From an uncultured Solirubrobacterales bacterium (GTDB lineage: Bacteria > Actinomycetota > Thermoleophilia > Solirubrobacterales > 70-9), in NCBI GenBank assembly GCA_963701265.1, contig OY969581.1:2002372-2066371 (forward strand): DNA of 64,000 nucleotides. The letters run 5' to 3'. The notes under the pieces were generated by a model, which saw nothing but the letters and a program-made list of their open reading frames with translations, was not told the origin of the DNA and did no database searches. Both the position numbers and the translations under genes were made by a program. This document shows positions 35,328-43,419 of the stretch, one piece after another (position 1 is the stretch's first letter; each line of letters opens with the position of its first letter).

Positions 35328-36767
35328 CTAAGCGGAGCCCTGATACCCGAAGGCGGAAGCCGACGCCTGCGCCTTCAACAGCATCTCCTCGAGCTCCTCG
35401 TCGGGATCGGAGTCGACGACGATCGCACCGCCGGCGCCGATCGTGGCTTTGCCCGCCTCGACCACAATCGTCCGGATCGCAACGCTGAGATCACAAGCTC
35501 CGCCGGCGCCGAAGTAGCCGATTGCGCCGGAGTAGACGCCGCGGGCCGCGCCCTCGAGCTCATCGATGATCTCCATCGTGCGCTGTTTCGGCGCCCCGGT
35601 CATCGAGCCGGGCGGGAAGCAGGCGCGCACGCACTCGAGCGGGCCCAGCTCGGGCCGCAGCTGTCCGCGCACGCTGGAGACGAGCTGGTGCACGGTCTCA
35701 TAGGTCTCGACCTCCATCAGCTCCGGCACCTCGATGCTGCCCACCCGGCAGACCCGACCGAGGTCGTTGCGCATCAGGTCGACGATTGTCACGTTCTCGG
35801 CCTGGGACTTCTCGGCGCTGCGCAAGCCGGCGGCGAGCTGCGCGTCCTCGGCGGGCGTGAGGCCGCGCCGGCTGGTGCCCTTGATTGGCCGCGTTTCAGC
35901 GCTGCCCTGGCGATCGACCGCGAGAAAGCGCTCCGGCGAGGAGCTCAGCACGGCGAGGTCGCCGAAGCGCAGGTAGGCGGAGAAGGGGGCCGGATTGGCA
36001 CGGCGCAGCGCTCGGTAGAGCTCGAGCGGAGAACTGGTGGATGCGGTCTCAAACGCGTTCGTCAGGCAGATCTCGTAGCTGTCCCCGGCGGTTAAGTAGC
36101 GCTTGCAGGCGGCGATGTCCGCGCGGTAGCGCCGCCGTGAGCGGCGCAAGGCAAGCGGCGACGAAGCCGCATCCAGTCGCGGTTCGCCGAGCGATGGCAG
36201 CAGCGCCAGCCGCGCTGCGGTCTCCTCGACCCAGGAATCGTCCGCGGCGAGGCTGAGCAGGTAGGTGTGCTGCTCCTGGTGATCGAAGGCGAGGAGGCGA
36301 TCAGCGAAGACAAAGGCGGCGTCTGGGGTCGAAGCCATGTGGGCGGCGGCGCCGTCGCACTCGGCCTTGAGCTCGTAGCCGAGATAGCCGGCGAAGCCGC
36401 AATCGAAGTCGAAGGGCAGCTCGGCGCCGGGCGAGCGCCGCCGCTCCAGCTCGCGACCGAGGTAGTCGAAGATCGATTCAGCGCGCGTTTCGCGCTGGCC
36501 GGCGCGCTCGATCTGAACCTCGCCCGCACCGACGTCGTAGGTGACCACGGCTGCGAGCGGTCCCTCGCTGTCCCCCATGAAGGAGAAGCGGCTGCGCTCA
36601 CCGGTGCCGCTGCTGTCCAACCAGAAGGCGCAGGGACTCCTCCCATATATATGGACGAAGGCTCGCTCGGGATCCGGCATCAGATCAAGCCGGCGCACCG
36701 CGAGCGGCAGGACCTCGGGCTGGCGCGCGGCCGGCATCCGGTGCAAGATATCCGGCAATGTCAGCAC
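35328..36767 (-). CDS. pabB: Aminodeoxychorismate synthase component I (chorismate-binding enzyme)
   Basis: 479 aa. SSSPERFL, PIKGT, DLMRNDLGRV, PPGSMTGAPK and GVYSGAIGY are chorismate-utilising enzyme motifs. No fused glutamine amidotransferase domain. Start is GTG 36767 or ATG 36737. Confidence 0.8.
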   Translation of the reverse strand: MLTLPDILHRMPAARQPEVLPLAVRRLDLMPDPERAFVHIYGRSPCAFWLDSSGTGERSRFSFMGDSEGPLAAVVTYDVGAGEVQIERAGQRETRAESIFDYLGRELERRRSPGAELPFDFDCGFAGYLGYELKAECDGAAAHMASTPDAAFVFADRLLAFDHQEQHTYLLSLAADDSWVEETAARLALLPSLGEPRLDAASSPLALRRSRRRYRADIAACKRYLTAGDSYEICLTNAFETASTSSPLELYRALRRANPAPFSAYLRFGDLAVLSSSPERFLAVDRQGSAETRPIKGTSRRGLTPAEDAQLAAGLRSAEKSQAENVTIVDLMRNDLGRVCRVGSIEVPELMEVETYETVHQLVSSVRGQLRPELGPLECVRACFPPGSMTGAPKQRTMEIIDELEGAARGVYSGAIGYFGAGGACDLSVAIRTIVVEAGKATIGAGGAIVVDSDPDEELEEMLLKAQASASAFGYQGSA

Positions 36768-37552
36768 CTCCCCACGCCGATCCTGGCTGGGGCGTCTTCG
36801 AGACCATGCTGGTCTTCGCCGGCCGGCCGGTCGAGCTCGATGCCCACATCGAGCGGCTCAGCACGAGTGTCGAGGCGCTCTACGGCCGCGCCCTGCCCAG
36901 CGAGGCGCGGACCTTGGCGAGCGACTGCGCCCGGGGGATCGAGCACGGCAAACTGCGCCTCACGGCAGTGCCAACCGGCAGCGAGCTGCGGCTGCACGCG
37001 AGCGCAAGCGAGATCGACCCCGGCAGCATCTTTCCGGCGGCCGACCGCGGTGCCGCCTTGCGCAGCACCGTCGTCGCCGGTGGCCTCGGTGAGCACAAGT
37101 GGGCCGATCGAAGGCTGCTCGACCGCGCCGCGGCCGCCGCGCCGGACGACGAGCTGCCCCTGCTCCTCGATGCGGATGGCACCGTCCTCGAGGCCTCCCG
37201 GGCCAGCGTCTTCGTGATCCGCGCGGGCCGGCTGGCGACACCGCCCACGGACGGGCGCATCCTGCCCTCAATCGCCCGTCAGCAGACGATCGAAGTGGCG
37301 GCCGCGGAGGGATTCGAGACAAGCGAAGAGCCTCTGACCCTCGTGGATCTGCAGGCCGGCGAGGTCTTCCTGACCGGCTCGGTGCGCGGGATCGAGCCGG
37401 CGCTTGCGCTCGACGGCGTCGAGCTGGCGCCGCCCAGAGAGATCAGTGGGCGGGTTGCGGCCGGCCTGCGGGATCGCTGGCTGCGGGCGGCGCCAGTGGA
37501 ACCCGTTGCAGCTGTCGCAGGCGAGCGACGAGCCGGTCGGCACGAGCGCTGA
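36758..37552 (+). CDS. pabC: Class IV aminotransferase fold protein, aminodeoxychorismate lyase-like
   Basis: 264 aa. EASRASVFVIRAGRLATPPTDGRILPSIARQ fits the class IV E-x-x-x-x-N/S-x-F...TP...L-x-G-I-x-R pattern. It is divergent from pabB. The symbol is assigned by context. Confidence 0.65.
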   Translation: MSAPPHADPGWGVFETMLVFAGRPVELDAHIERLSTSVEALYGRALPSEARTLASDCARGIEHGKLRLTAVPTGSELRLHASASEIDPGSIFPAADRGAALRSTVVAGGLGEHKWADRRLLDRAAAAAPDDELPLLLDADGTVLEASRASVFVIRAGRLATPPTDGRILPSIARQQTIEVAAAEGFETSEEPLTLVDLQAGEVFLTGSVRGIEPALALDGVELAPPREISGRVAAGLRDRWLRAAPVEPVAAVAGERRAGRHER

Positions 37553-37859
37553 AGTCACTGAGGCTGTCGTCCTCTTCGCCCTCGGCCGTTGGTGCCGGCG
37601 GCGATACGGCCACCATCGAGGCAACCCGGTCCTGCGCCTCGAGCGCGGTAGCGCTTGCCTTCTCGGCCAGCCCGGCGGCGCGCTCGGCCTGCTCGGCAGC
37701 GGAGATCGCCGCCGCACCGATCGTCATCACCGCCGCCTCGGACGCCCGCGCCGTGGCCAGCGCCTCGTCCACCCGCCGCACCAGCTCGCCGATCAGCGGC
37801 GGTCGCGAGTGCTCGGGCAGCAGCCAGTCCTGCGTGCTGTCGCCGGTGCCAGCTGCCAT
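37443..37859 (-). CDS. Hypothetical Ala-rich (coiled-coil-like) protein
   Basis: Track ORF 37443..37904 trimmed to ATG (cat 37857-37859). Third-position GC is coding-like. It overlaps the 3' end of pabC by about 110 nt, so one of the two ends may be miscalled. Confidence 0.35.
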   Translation of the reverse strand: MAAGTGDSTQDWLLPEHSRPPLIGELVRRVDEALATARASEAAVMTIGAAAISAAEQAERAAGLAEKASATALEAQDRVASMVAVSPPAPTAEGEEDDSLSDFSARADRLVARLRQLQRVPLAPPAASDPAGRPQPAH

Positions 37860-37968
37860 CCACTCAAGGTACGGCGGCCACCGCGAAACTCCTCTGACAG
37901 GCACCCGAACGCGCGTTTGGCTTTTGCCTTAGATTTCGGCCAGACAACGACGAGCAACGAGGAGCAGC

Positions 37969-39021
37969 GTGAGAAACCCCAGAGACTTCTTCCAGCCCCA
38001 GGCAATCGGCGCCCCCGAGCCGCTGCACGAGATCCCCGTCAAGCCCTCGCGGATGATCCACTTCCTCGACTTCTCCAACGAGAAGATGGTCGAAAAGGCA
38101 GCCGGCATCGCGACCAAGACCGACATCCTGCTCGGCAACCTCGAGGACGCGATCCCGGTCGACCGCAAGGAGGCCGCGCGCAACGGCCTGGTCCAGGCGG
38201 CCAAGCAATCAGACTTCGGCCAGACCTCGCTCTGGACCCGGATTAACTCGCTGGAGAGCCCGTGGATCCTCGACGACCTCACCACGCTGGTGACCGAGAT
38301 CGGCGACAAGCTCGAGGTCGTGATGGTGCCCAAGGTCGAGGGCGCCTGGGACATCCACTACGTGGACCGCCTGCTCGCCCAGCTTGAGGCCAAGGCCGGC
38401 CTCGACCGGCCGATCCTGATCCACGCCCTACTCGAGACCGCCCAGGGAGTCGTCAACGTCGAGGAGATCGCCGCCGCCAGCCCGCGCATGCAGGGGATGA
38501 GCTTCGGGCCCGCCGACCTCGCCGCCTCGCGGCGGATGAAGACCACCCGCGTCGGCGGCGGCCACCCCGGCTACCGGGTGATGGAGGACCCAGCCGACCC
38601 CGAGAACCCCGAGGCCAACCGGGTCAGCGCCCAGCAGGACCTCTGGCACTACTCGATCGCCCGCATGGTCGACGCCTGCGCGGCGACCGGCATCCTGCCC
38701 TTCTACGGCCCCTTCGGCGACATCAAGGACACCGCCGGCTGCGAGACCCAGTTCCGCGCCGCCTTCCTGATGGGCTGCGTCGGCGCCTGGTCGCTGCACC
38801 CGGTGCAGATCGACATCGCCAAGAAGGTCTTCAGCCCGCCCGCCGAGGAGGTCAAGTTCGCCAAGAAGGTGCTGGAGGCGATCCCCGACGGCGCCGGCGT
38901 GCACATGATCGACGGCAAGATGCAGGACGACGCCACCTGGAAGCAGTGCAAGGTGATGGTTGAGCTGGCCGAGATGCTCGCGGCCAAGGATCCAGAGCTG
39001 GCCGAGACCTACGGTTTTTAG
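37969..39021 (+). CDS. mcl: L-malyl-CoA/beta-methylmalyl-CoA lyase (HpcH/HpaI-CitE family)
   Basis: 350 aa with a GTG start. [11 protein letters not shown]...[12 protein letters not shown]...VMVPKVEG...[11 protein letters not shown]...[10 protein letters not shown] resembles Mcl-type enzymes. Confidence 0.8.
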   Translation: MRNPRDFFQPQAIGAPEPLHEIPVKPSRMIHFLDFSNEKMVEKAAGIATKTDILLGNLEDAIPVDRKEAARNGLVQAAKQSDFGQTSLWTRINSLESPWILDDLTTLVTEIGDKLEVVMVPKVEGAWDIHYVDRLLAQLEAKAGLDRPILIHALLETAQGVVNVEEIAAASPRMQGMSFGPADLAASRRMKTTRVGGGHPGYRVMEDPADPENPEANRVSAQQDLWHYSIARMVDACAATGILPFYGPFGDIKDTAGCETQFRAAFLMGCVGAWSLHPVQIDIAKKVFSPPAEEVKFAKKVLEAIPDGAGVHMIDGKMQDDATWKQCKVMVELAEMLAAKDPELAETYGF

Positions 39022-39231
39022 CGCTGTTTTCTCAGGTTCTGCGATCGGCTCCGGCCTGACGGTGAACCAGTTCATTCGTTTCAACCGTAATCCCAATTTC
39101 CCCATGCATTTTTCGTTCCGCGCTAACGTGGAAGCGTGACTGTGCCGATAGGGGGGAGGAACCGGGAAATCCCCGGTCCTACGCCAAAAAACACGAAGAA
39201 ATCTCCCTAAAAAAAGGTAATCCCCCCTCCC

Positions 39232-40848
39232 ATGCAAAGCTCGACCGACCTCTCCCTCGACAGCACTTTTCCGGCTGCTGAATCGCGTCGTGGCGCCCTG
39301 GTCCAGGACCGGCCGACGCTCGGCAGTCTCCCCCGCGCCAGCCGCGGTCTCGGTTGGTGGCTCCCCCCCGCCATCGATCTCATCTCTTCCTCGGTCGCGC
39401 TGATCGCAATCACCTTGATCGCCGGCGTCGGTGTGTTCCCCGCGCTGCCGATTGCGCCACTGCTCCTGGTCATGCTCAACGGCCTGCTCGGTGTCTACGG
39501 CGCCAACGCCTCGAAGGCCGGCCTCGACAGCGAGGACGGCATGGCCTGGCCGGTGATCCGCCTGCTGATGGCCGCCGTGTTCGCTTGGTCGGCCTCGCTG
39601 ATCACCCCACTCGACGGCGGCTCGCAGCTCGCCCTCTGGGTCAGCTTCGCCGTGCTCGACACGGCGGGCCGGGCGCTGAGCGCACCGCTGCTGGGGCGCC
39701 TGGAGAAAGTCGAGCGCTGGGTCCTCGTCGGCGACGAGGAAACGGCCGAACGCCTCAAAGGCTACGAGCCGCTGCGCCGCTACGCCAGCGTCGTCTGCAC
39801 CGTGGCGCCCTTCGAGGACCGCTCCAATCCTGCCGACCGCGTCGCCGCTCTGGAGATCGTCGATCGCTACCAGGCCGATCGCGTCGTGATCGCCTCCAAG
39901 CATGCCGACGACGAGAGCCTGCTCGACCTGGTCCGTGCCTTCAAGTCGATCGGCGTGCCGGTCAGCCTTCTGCCCCGTCCCCTCGATCTGCTCGAAGCGC
40001 CGGCGACGACCGCAAGCAAGGTCGGCGGCGTGCCGCTGATCGAGGTCGAGGCGCTCGCCACCCGCCGCTCCGTCCCCTATGCCGGCCCCGATCGTCGCGA
40101 CCGCAAAACCAAGGTCAGCGTCGTCGTGCCGGCGATGAACGAGGCGAAAAACATCGGCCACGTGCTCAAGCAGCTGCCCGAGGGCCTGCACGAGGTGATC
40201 CTGGTCGACGGCAACTCCGAGGACGACACGATCGAGGCCGCCCGCGAGGCCTGGCCCGAGATCCGCGTCCTGGTCCAGAGCGGCCGCGGCAAGGGCGACG
40301 CCTTCCGCACCGGCTTCGCCGCCGTCACCGGCAACCTCGTGGTCATGCTCGATGCCGACGGCTCCGCCGACCCGGCCGAGATCCCGCGCTTCGTCGAAGC
40401 GCTCGAGGCCGGCGCCGACTTCGCCAAGGGCTCGCGCTACCTGCCCGGCGGCGGCAGCACCGACATCACCGGCCTGCGCAGCATGGGCAACAAGGTGCTC
40501 AGCGGCTCGGCCAACCTCCTGCACGGCACCCACTTCACCGACCTCTGTTACGGCTACAACGCCTTCTGGGCCCGTTGCCTGCCCTTCATCGCGCTCGACG
40601 TCCCGGGCTTCGAGGTCGAGACCTTGATCAACCTGCGGATCGCCGGTGCCGGGATGAAGATCACCGAGGTGCCGAGCTACGAGCTCGACCGCATCCACGG
40701 CGAGAGCAACCTCAACACCTTCCGCGACGGCTTCCGCGTGCTCGGCACGATCCTCAGCGAGGCGCGGCGTCGGCGCAGCATCCACCACGAGCGTCCGGCG
40801 GCCGGCGCCGAGGCGCGGAAGGCGAAGGCAGCCGCCACTACTGCTTGA
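39232..40848 (+). CDS. Fusion protein: WbaP/EPS-sugar-transferase-like N-terminal module (4 TM plus Rossmann-like domain) joined to a GT2 (DPM1/GtrB/ArnC-like) glycosyltransferase
   Basis: 538 aa. Residues 40-290 (hydrophobic segments, then RWVLVGDEETAERL...ADRVVIAS...LLDLVRAFKSIGVPVSLLPRPLDLL...GGVPLIEV) look like the non-catalytic N-half of polyprenyl glycosylphosphotransferases. Residues ~300-510 (VSVVVPAMNEAKNI...VILVDGNSEDDT...MLDADGS...FAKGSRY) are a GT2 domain. Confidence 0.75.
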   Translation: MQSSTDLSLDSTFPAAESRRGALVQDRPTLGSLPRASRGLGWWLPPAIDLISSSVALIAITLIAGVGVFPALPIAPLLLVMLNGLLGVYGANASKAGLDSEDGMAWPVIRLLMAAVFAWSASLITPLDGGSQLALWVSFAVLDTAGRALSAPLLGRLEKVERWVLVGDEETAERLKGYEPLRRYASVVCTVAPFEDRSNPADRVAALEIVDRYQADRVVIASKHADDESLLDLVRAFKSIGVPVSLLPRPLDLLEAPATTASKVGGVPLIEVEALATRRSVPYAGPDRRDRKTKVSVVVPAMNEAKNIGHVLKQLPEGLHEVILVDGNSEDDTIEAAREAWPEIRVLVQSGRGKGDAFRTGFAAVTGNLVVMLDADGSADPAEIPRFVEALEAGADFAKGSRYLPGGGSTDITGLRSMGNKVLSGSANLLHGTHFTDLCYGYNAFWARCLPFIALDVPGFEVETLINLRIAGAGMKITEVPSYELDRIHGESNLNTFRDGFRVLGTILSEARRRRSIHHERPAAGAEARKAKAAATTA

Positions 40849-40864
40849 GTACCGGGCAGCTCAT

Positions 40865-42655
40865 ATGGCTCGCCCGAAACCGACGACCGGCTACCTAGCG
40901 CCGATCGCGCTTGCAGCAGGCATCGGTCTGCTGGTCTGCTCGTTCGCCAACACCCTCGCCCGCGAAGGCGGCGACCCCTCCCTCCTCTACTGGGCGGGGA
41001 TCCTGGTCATCGCCCTGCCGATCTTCTGGCGGCTGACCTCGCGCGATGCCTCGACCGGCGAGCGGCTGGCCCTCGTCTGCATGCTCGGCCTCTCGCTCTA
41101 CGCGGTCAAGGTGGTCCGCGACGCACCGTTCTTCACCTTCTCCGACGAGCTCGTGCACGCCTTCAACGCCGACCAGATCACCAGCCACCACCACCTCTTT
41201 CGCTCCAACCCGATCCTGCCGGTGACGCCGAACTACCCCGGCCTCGAGGGCGCCACCTCGGCCCTGATGAGCCTGACCGGGCTCTCCAGCTACGGCGCCG
41301 GCATCGTCGTCGTCGGCTCTGCTCGCCTCTCGCTGATGATCGGGCTCTTCCTGCTCTTCACCCGCATCGGTGGCTCGGCCCGCACCGCCGGCCTCGCCGC
41401 GGCGATCTACGCCGGCAACTTCAACTTCTTCTTCTGGGGCGCGCAGTTCTCCTACGAGTCGGTCGCGCTGCCGCTCTTCGTCGTCGTCCTGATGGCGGTG
41501 GCCGAGCGCGATGCCTCGCCGCGGGAGTGGGCCCGCGAGTGGGCGGTGCCGATCGTGCTCGGGATCGCCGCGATCGTCGTCACCCACCACCTCACCTCCT
41601 ACGCGGTCGCGGTCTTCCTCGCCACGCTCGCGGTCGTCTACTGGGCGCTGCGACGCGACTGGAGCTGGCCAAACCCCTGGCGCTACGCGATCCTCGCCGC
41701 CGTCCTCGCAGTCGGCTGGCTGCTGCTCGTCGCCAACTCAACCATCGATTACCTCTCGCCGGTCATCACCGAAGCCTTCGAAGCGATCTTCAACACCGCC
41801 TCCGGCGACGAGCCCGCGCGTGGCCTCTTCCAAGGCAAGGAGTCGAGCATCCCGGACACCCCGATCCTCGCCCGTGGCGTCGCCCTGCTCGCCGTCGCCC
41901 TGCTCGGTCTCGGCGTGCTCTTCGGCCTCAAGCGCTTCTGGCAGCGCTACCGCAAGGAGCCCTACGCGCTGATCTTCGCCGCTGCCTCGATCGTCTTCTT
42001 CGGGACGCTGCTGCTGCGCCTCGCTCCCGCCGCCTGGGAGACGGGCAACCGACTCAGCGAGTACCTCTTCGTCGGCCTCGCCTTCATCGCCGCCCTCTCC
42101 GGGCTGCAGAACTGGCGTCCCAAAAAATGGCCCTGGCTCGGCCGTGCTTCGCTGACCGCTGCCCTTGGAGTCGTCCTCGTCGGCGGTGCGATCGCCGGCT
42201 GGCCCTGGGACCTGCAGCTCTCCTCGCCGATCCGGGCCAGCGCCGAGGGGCGCACGATCTCCTCGGCGCCGCTGGCGCTGGCCGAGTGGGCGGAGCGCAA
42301 CATTCCTGCGGACGAGCGCTTCGGCGCCACCACCGGCGACGCGCGCATGCTGATGGCGCCGGGCGAACGGGTTGCCTTCGCCGGCAAGACCCCCGACATT
42401 CAGGACATCCTCGAGGAGAGCGCCTTCTCGGACTGGGAGCTGCCGCTGCTGCGCAGAGAAGACATCCGCTACGTGGTCACCGATCGCCGTGAAATCTCCT
42501 CCGACGCGACCCGCGGCTACGCCTTCTCGATCCGCGGCGACGAACCCGAACTGGCGCCGTTGGACACCGTCACCAAGTTCGCCGACCTGCCCGGGGCGAA
42601 GCGGATCTACTCCAGCGGCGACATCTCGGTCTACGACCTGGGAGCGGGCCGATGA
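40865..42655 (+). CDS. Polytopic membrane protein, GT-C-fold-like candidate glycosyltransferase with a C-terminal extracytoplasmic domain
   Basis: 596 aa with about 11-13 hydrophobic segments. An acidic motif (FTFSDELVH) lies in the first predicted loop. The soluble tail is about 170 aa. The family call is tentative. Confidence 0.55.
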   Translation: MARPKPTTGYLAPIALAAGIGLLVCSFANTLAREGGDPSLLYWAGILVIALPIFWRLTSRDASTGERLALVCMLGLSLYAVKVVRDAPFFTFSDELVHAFNADQITSHHHLFRSNPILPVTPNYPGLEGATSALMSLTGLSSYGAGIVVVGSARLSLMIGLFLLFTRIGGSARTAGLAAAIYAGNFNFFFWGAQFSYESVALPLFVVVLMAVAERDASPREWAREWAVPIVLGIAAIVVTHHLTSYAVAVFLATLAVVYWALRRDWSWPNPWRYAILAAVLAVGWLLLVANSTIDYLSPVITEAFEAIFNTASGDEPARGLFQGKESSIPDTPILARGVALLAVALLGLGVLFGLKRFWQRYRKEPYALIFAAASIVFFGTLLLRLAPAAWETGNRLSEYLFVGLAFIAALSGLQNWRPKKWPWLGRASLTAALGVVLVGGAIAGWPWDLQLSSPIRASAEGRTISSAPLALAEWAERNIPADERFGATTGDARMLMAPGERVAFAGKTPDIQDILEESAFSDWELPLLRREDIRYVVTDRREISSDATRGYAFSIRGDEPELAPLDTVTKFADLPGAKRIYSSGDISVYDLGAGR

Positions 42656-43419
42656 GGGGCCACGGCGACCTGCGCCTCGCCGCCGCAGCGGCGCTGCTCT
42701 GCGCCCTCCTGGCGCTGCTGATCCCGGTCGATGGCATCGCCCTGGTCTTCGCCATGCCCCTGGCCCTGGTCCTGCCCGGTTACGCGATCACGGCGGCCGC
42801 CTTTGCCCGCCGCCCGCTCGCCTGGCCCCAGTTCCTGCTGCTCAGCATCGCCCTCAGCCTGGCGGTGCTCGTGCTCGGCAGCCTCCTGCTCAACTACCTG
42901 GGCGGCATTCATCCTCTCTCATGGGCCGTGCTGCTCGTGCTTGTCGTCCTTGCTGCCGGTCGAGCCGCGGCACTGCGACGCGGCAAAGCGGGCAGGGGGC
43001 CGAGCTGGCCGCGACCGCGGCTGCGGCGGCTCGAAATCGCGATGGTCCTCGGCGGCGTGGCAGCCGCGGTGGTCGCGATCGTGCTCTCCTCCTCGACCGT
43101 GCCGGTCGGGGATGCAATCGGCTACACCCAGCTCTGGGTCCTGCCCCAAGCGGGCACAGAGGGGCGCGAAGTGCAGGTTGGAGTGCGCAGCCAGCAACAG
43201 GTCTCGACCAACTTCGACCTGCGGGTCCGGATCGGGCAGGACGCGCTGGTCAGGCGCAGCTTTCGCCTCGCACCCGGCGAAACCCGACTGGTCAAGCTGC
43301 GGGCGCCGCCCGGCAGCAGCGGAACGTTGCCGGTGATCGCCACGCTCTTGCGTCACAATCGCCCCTTCAGCGTCTACCGACGGGTCAAGGGCTCGCTGGT
43401 CGCCCCGCGGGGGCCGTGA
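42652..43419 (+). CDS. Membrane protein, DUF1616-like (4 TM plus beta-rich C-terminal domain)
   Basis: 255 aa. Its start overlaps the preceding stop. The architecture and the C-terminal pattern YTQLWVLPQ...VQVGVRSQQQVSTNFDLRV resemble DUF1616 as I remember it. Confidence 0.5.
   Translation: MRGHGDLRLAAAAALLCALLALLIPVDGIALVFAMPLALVLPGYAITAAAFARRPLAWPQFLLLSIALSLAVLVLGSLLLNYLGGIHPLSWAVLLVLVVLAAGRAAALRRGKAGRGPSWPRPRLRRLEIAMVLGGVAAAVVAIVLSSSTVPVGDAIGYTQLWVLPQAGTEGREVQVGVRSQQQVSTNFDLRVRIGQDALVRRSFRLAPGETRLVKLRAPPGSSGTLPVIATLLRHNRPFSVYRRVKGSLVAPRGP

Noticed and set aside
38428-40788. 786-aa minus-strand ORF, the longest in this part of the track
   Set aside because: It lies antisense to mcl and to the WbaP-N::GT2 gene. 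Its composition is Ala/Gly/Arg/Asp/Val-heavy and typical of mirror frames in high-GC DNA. I recognise no family motif, whereas both plus-strand genes have clear ones.
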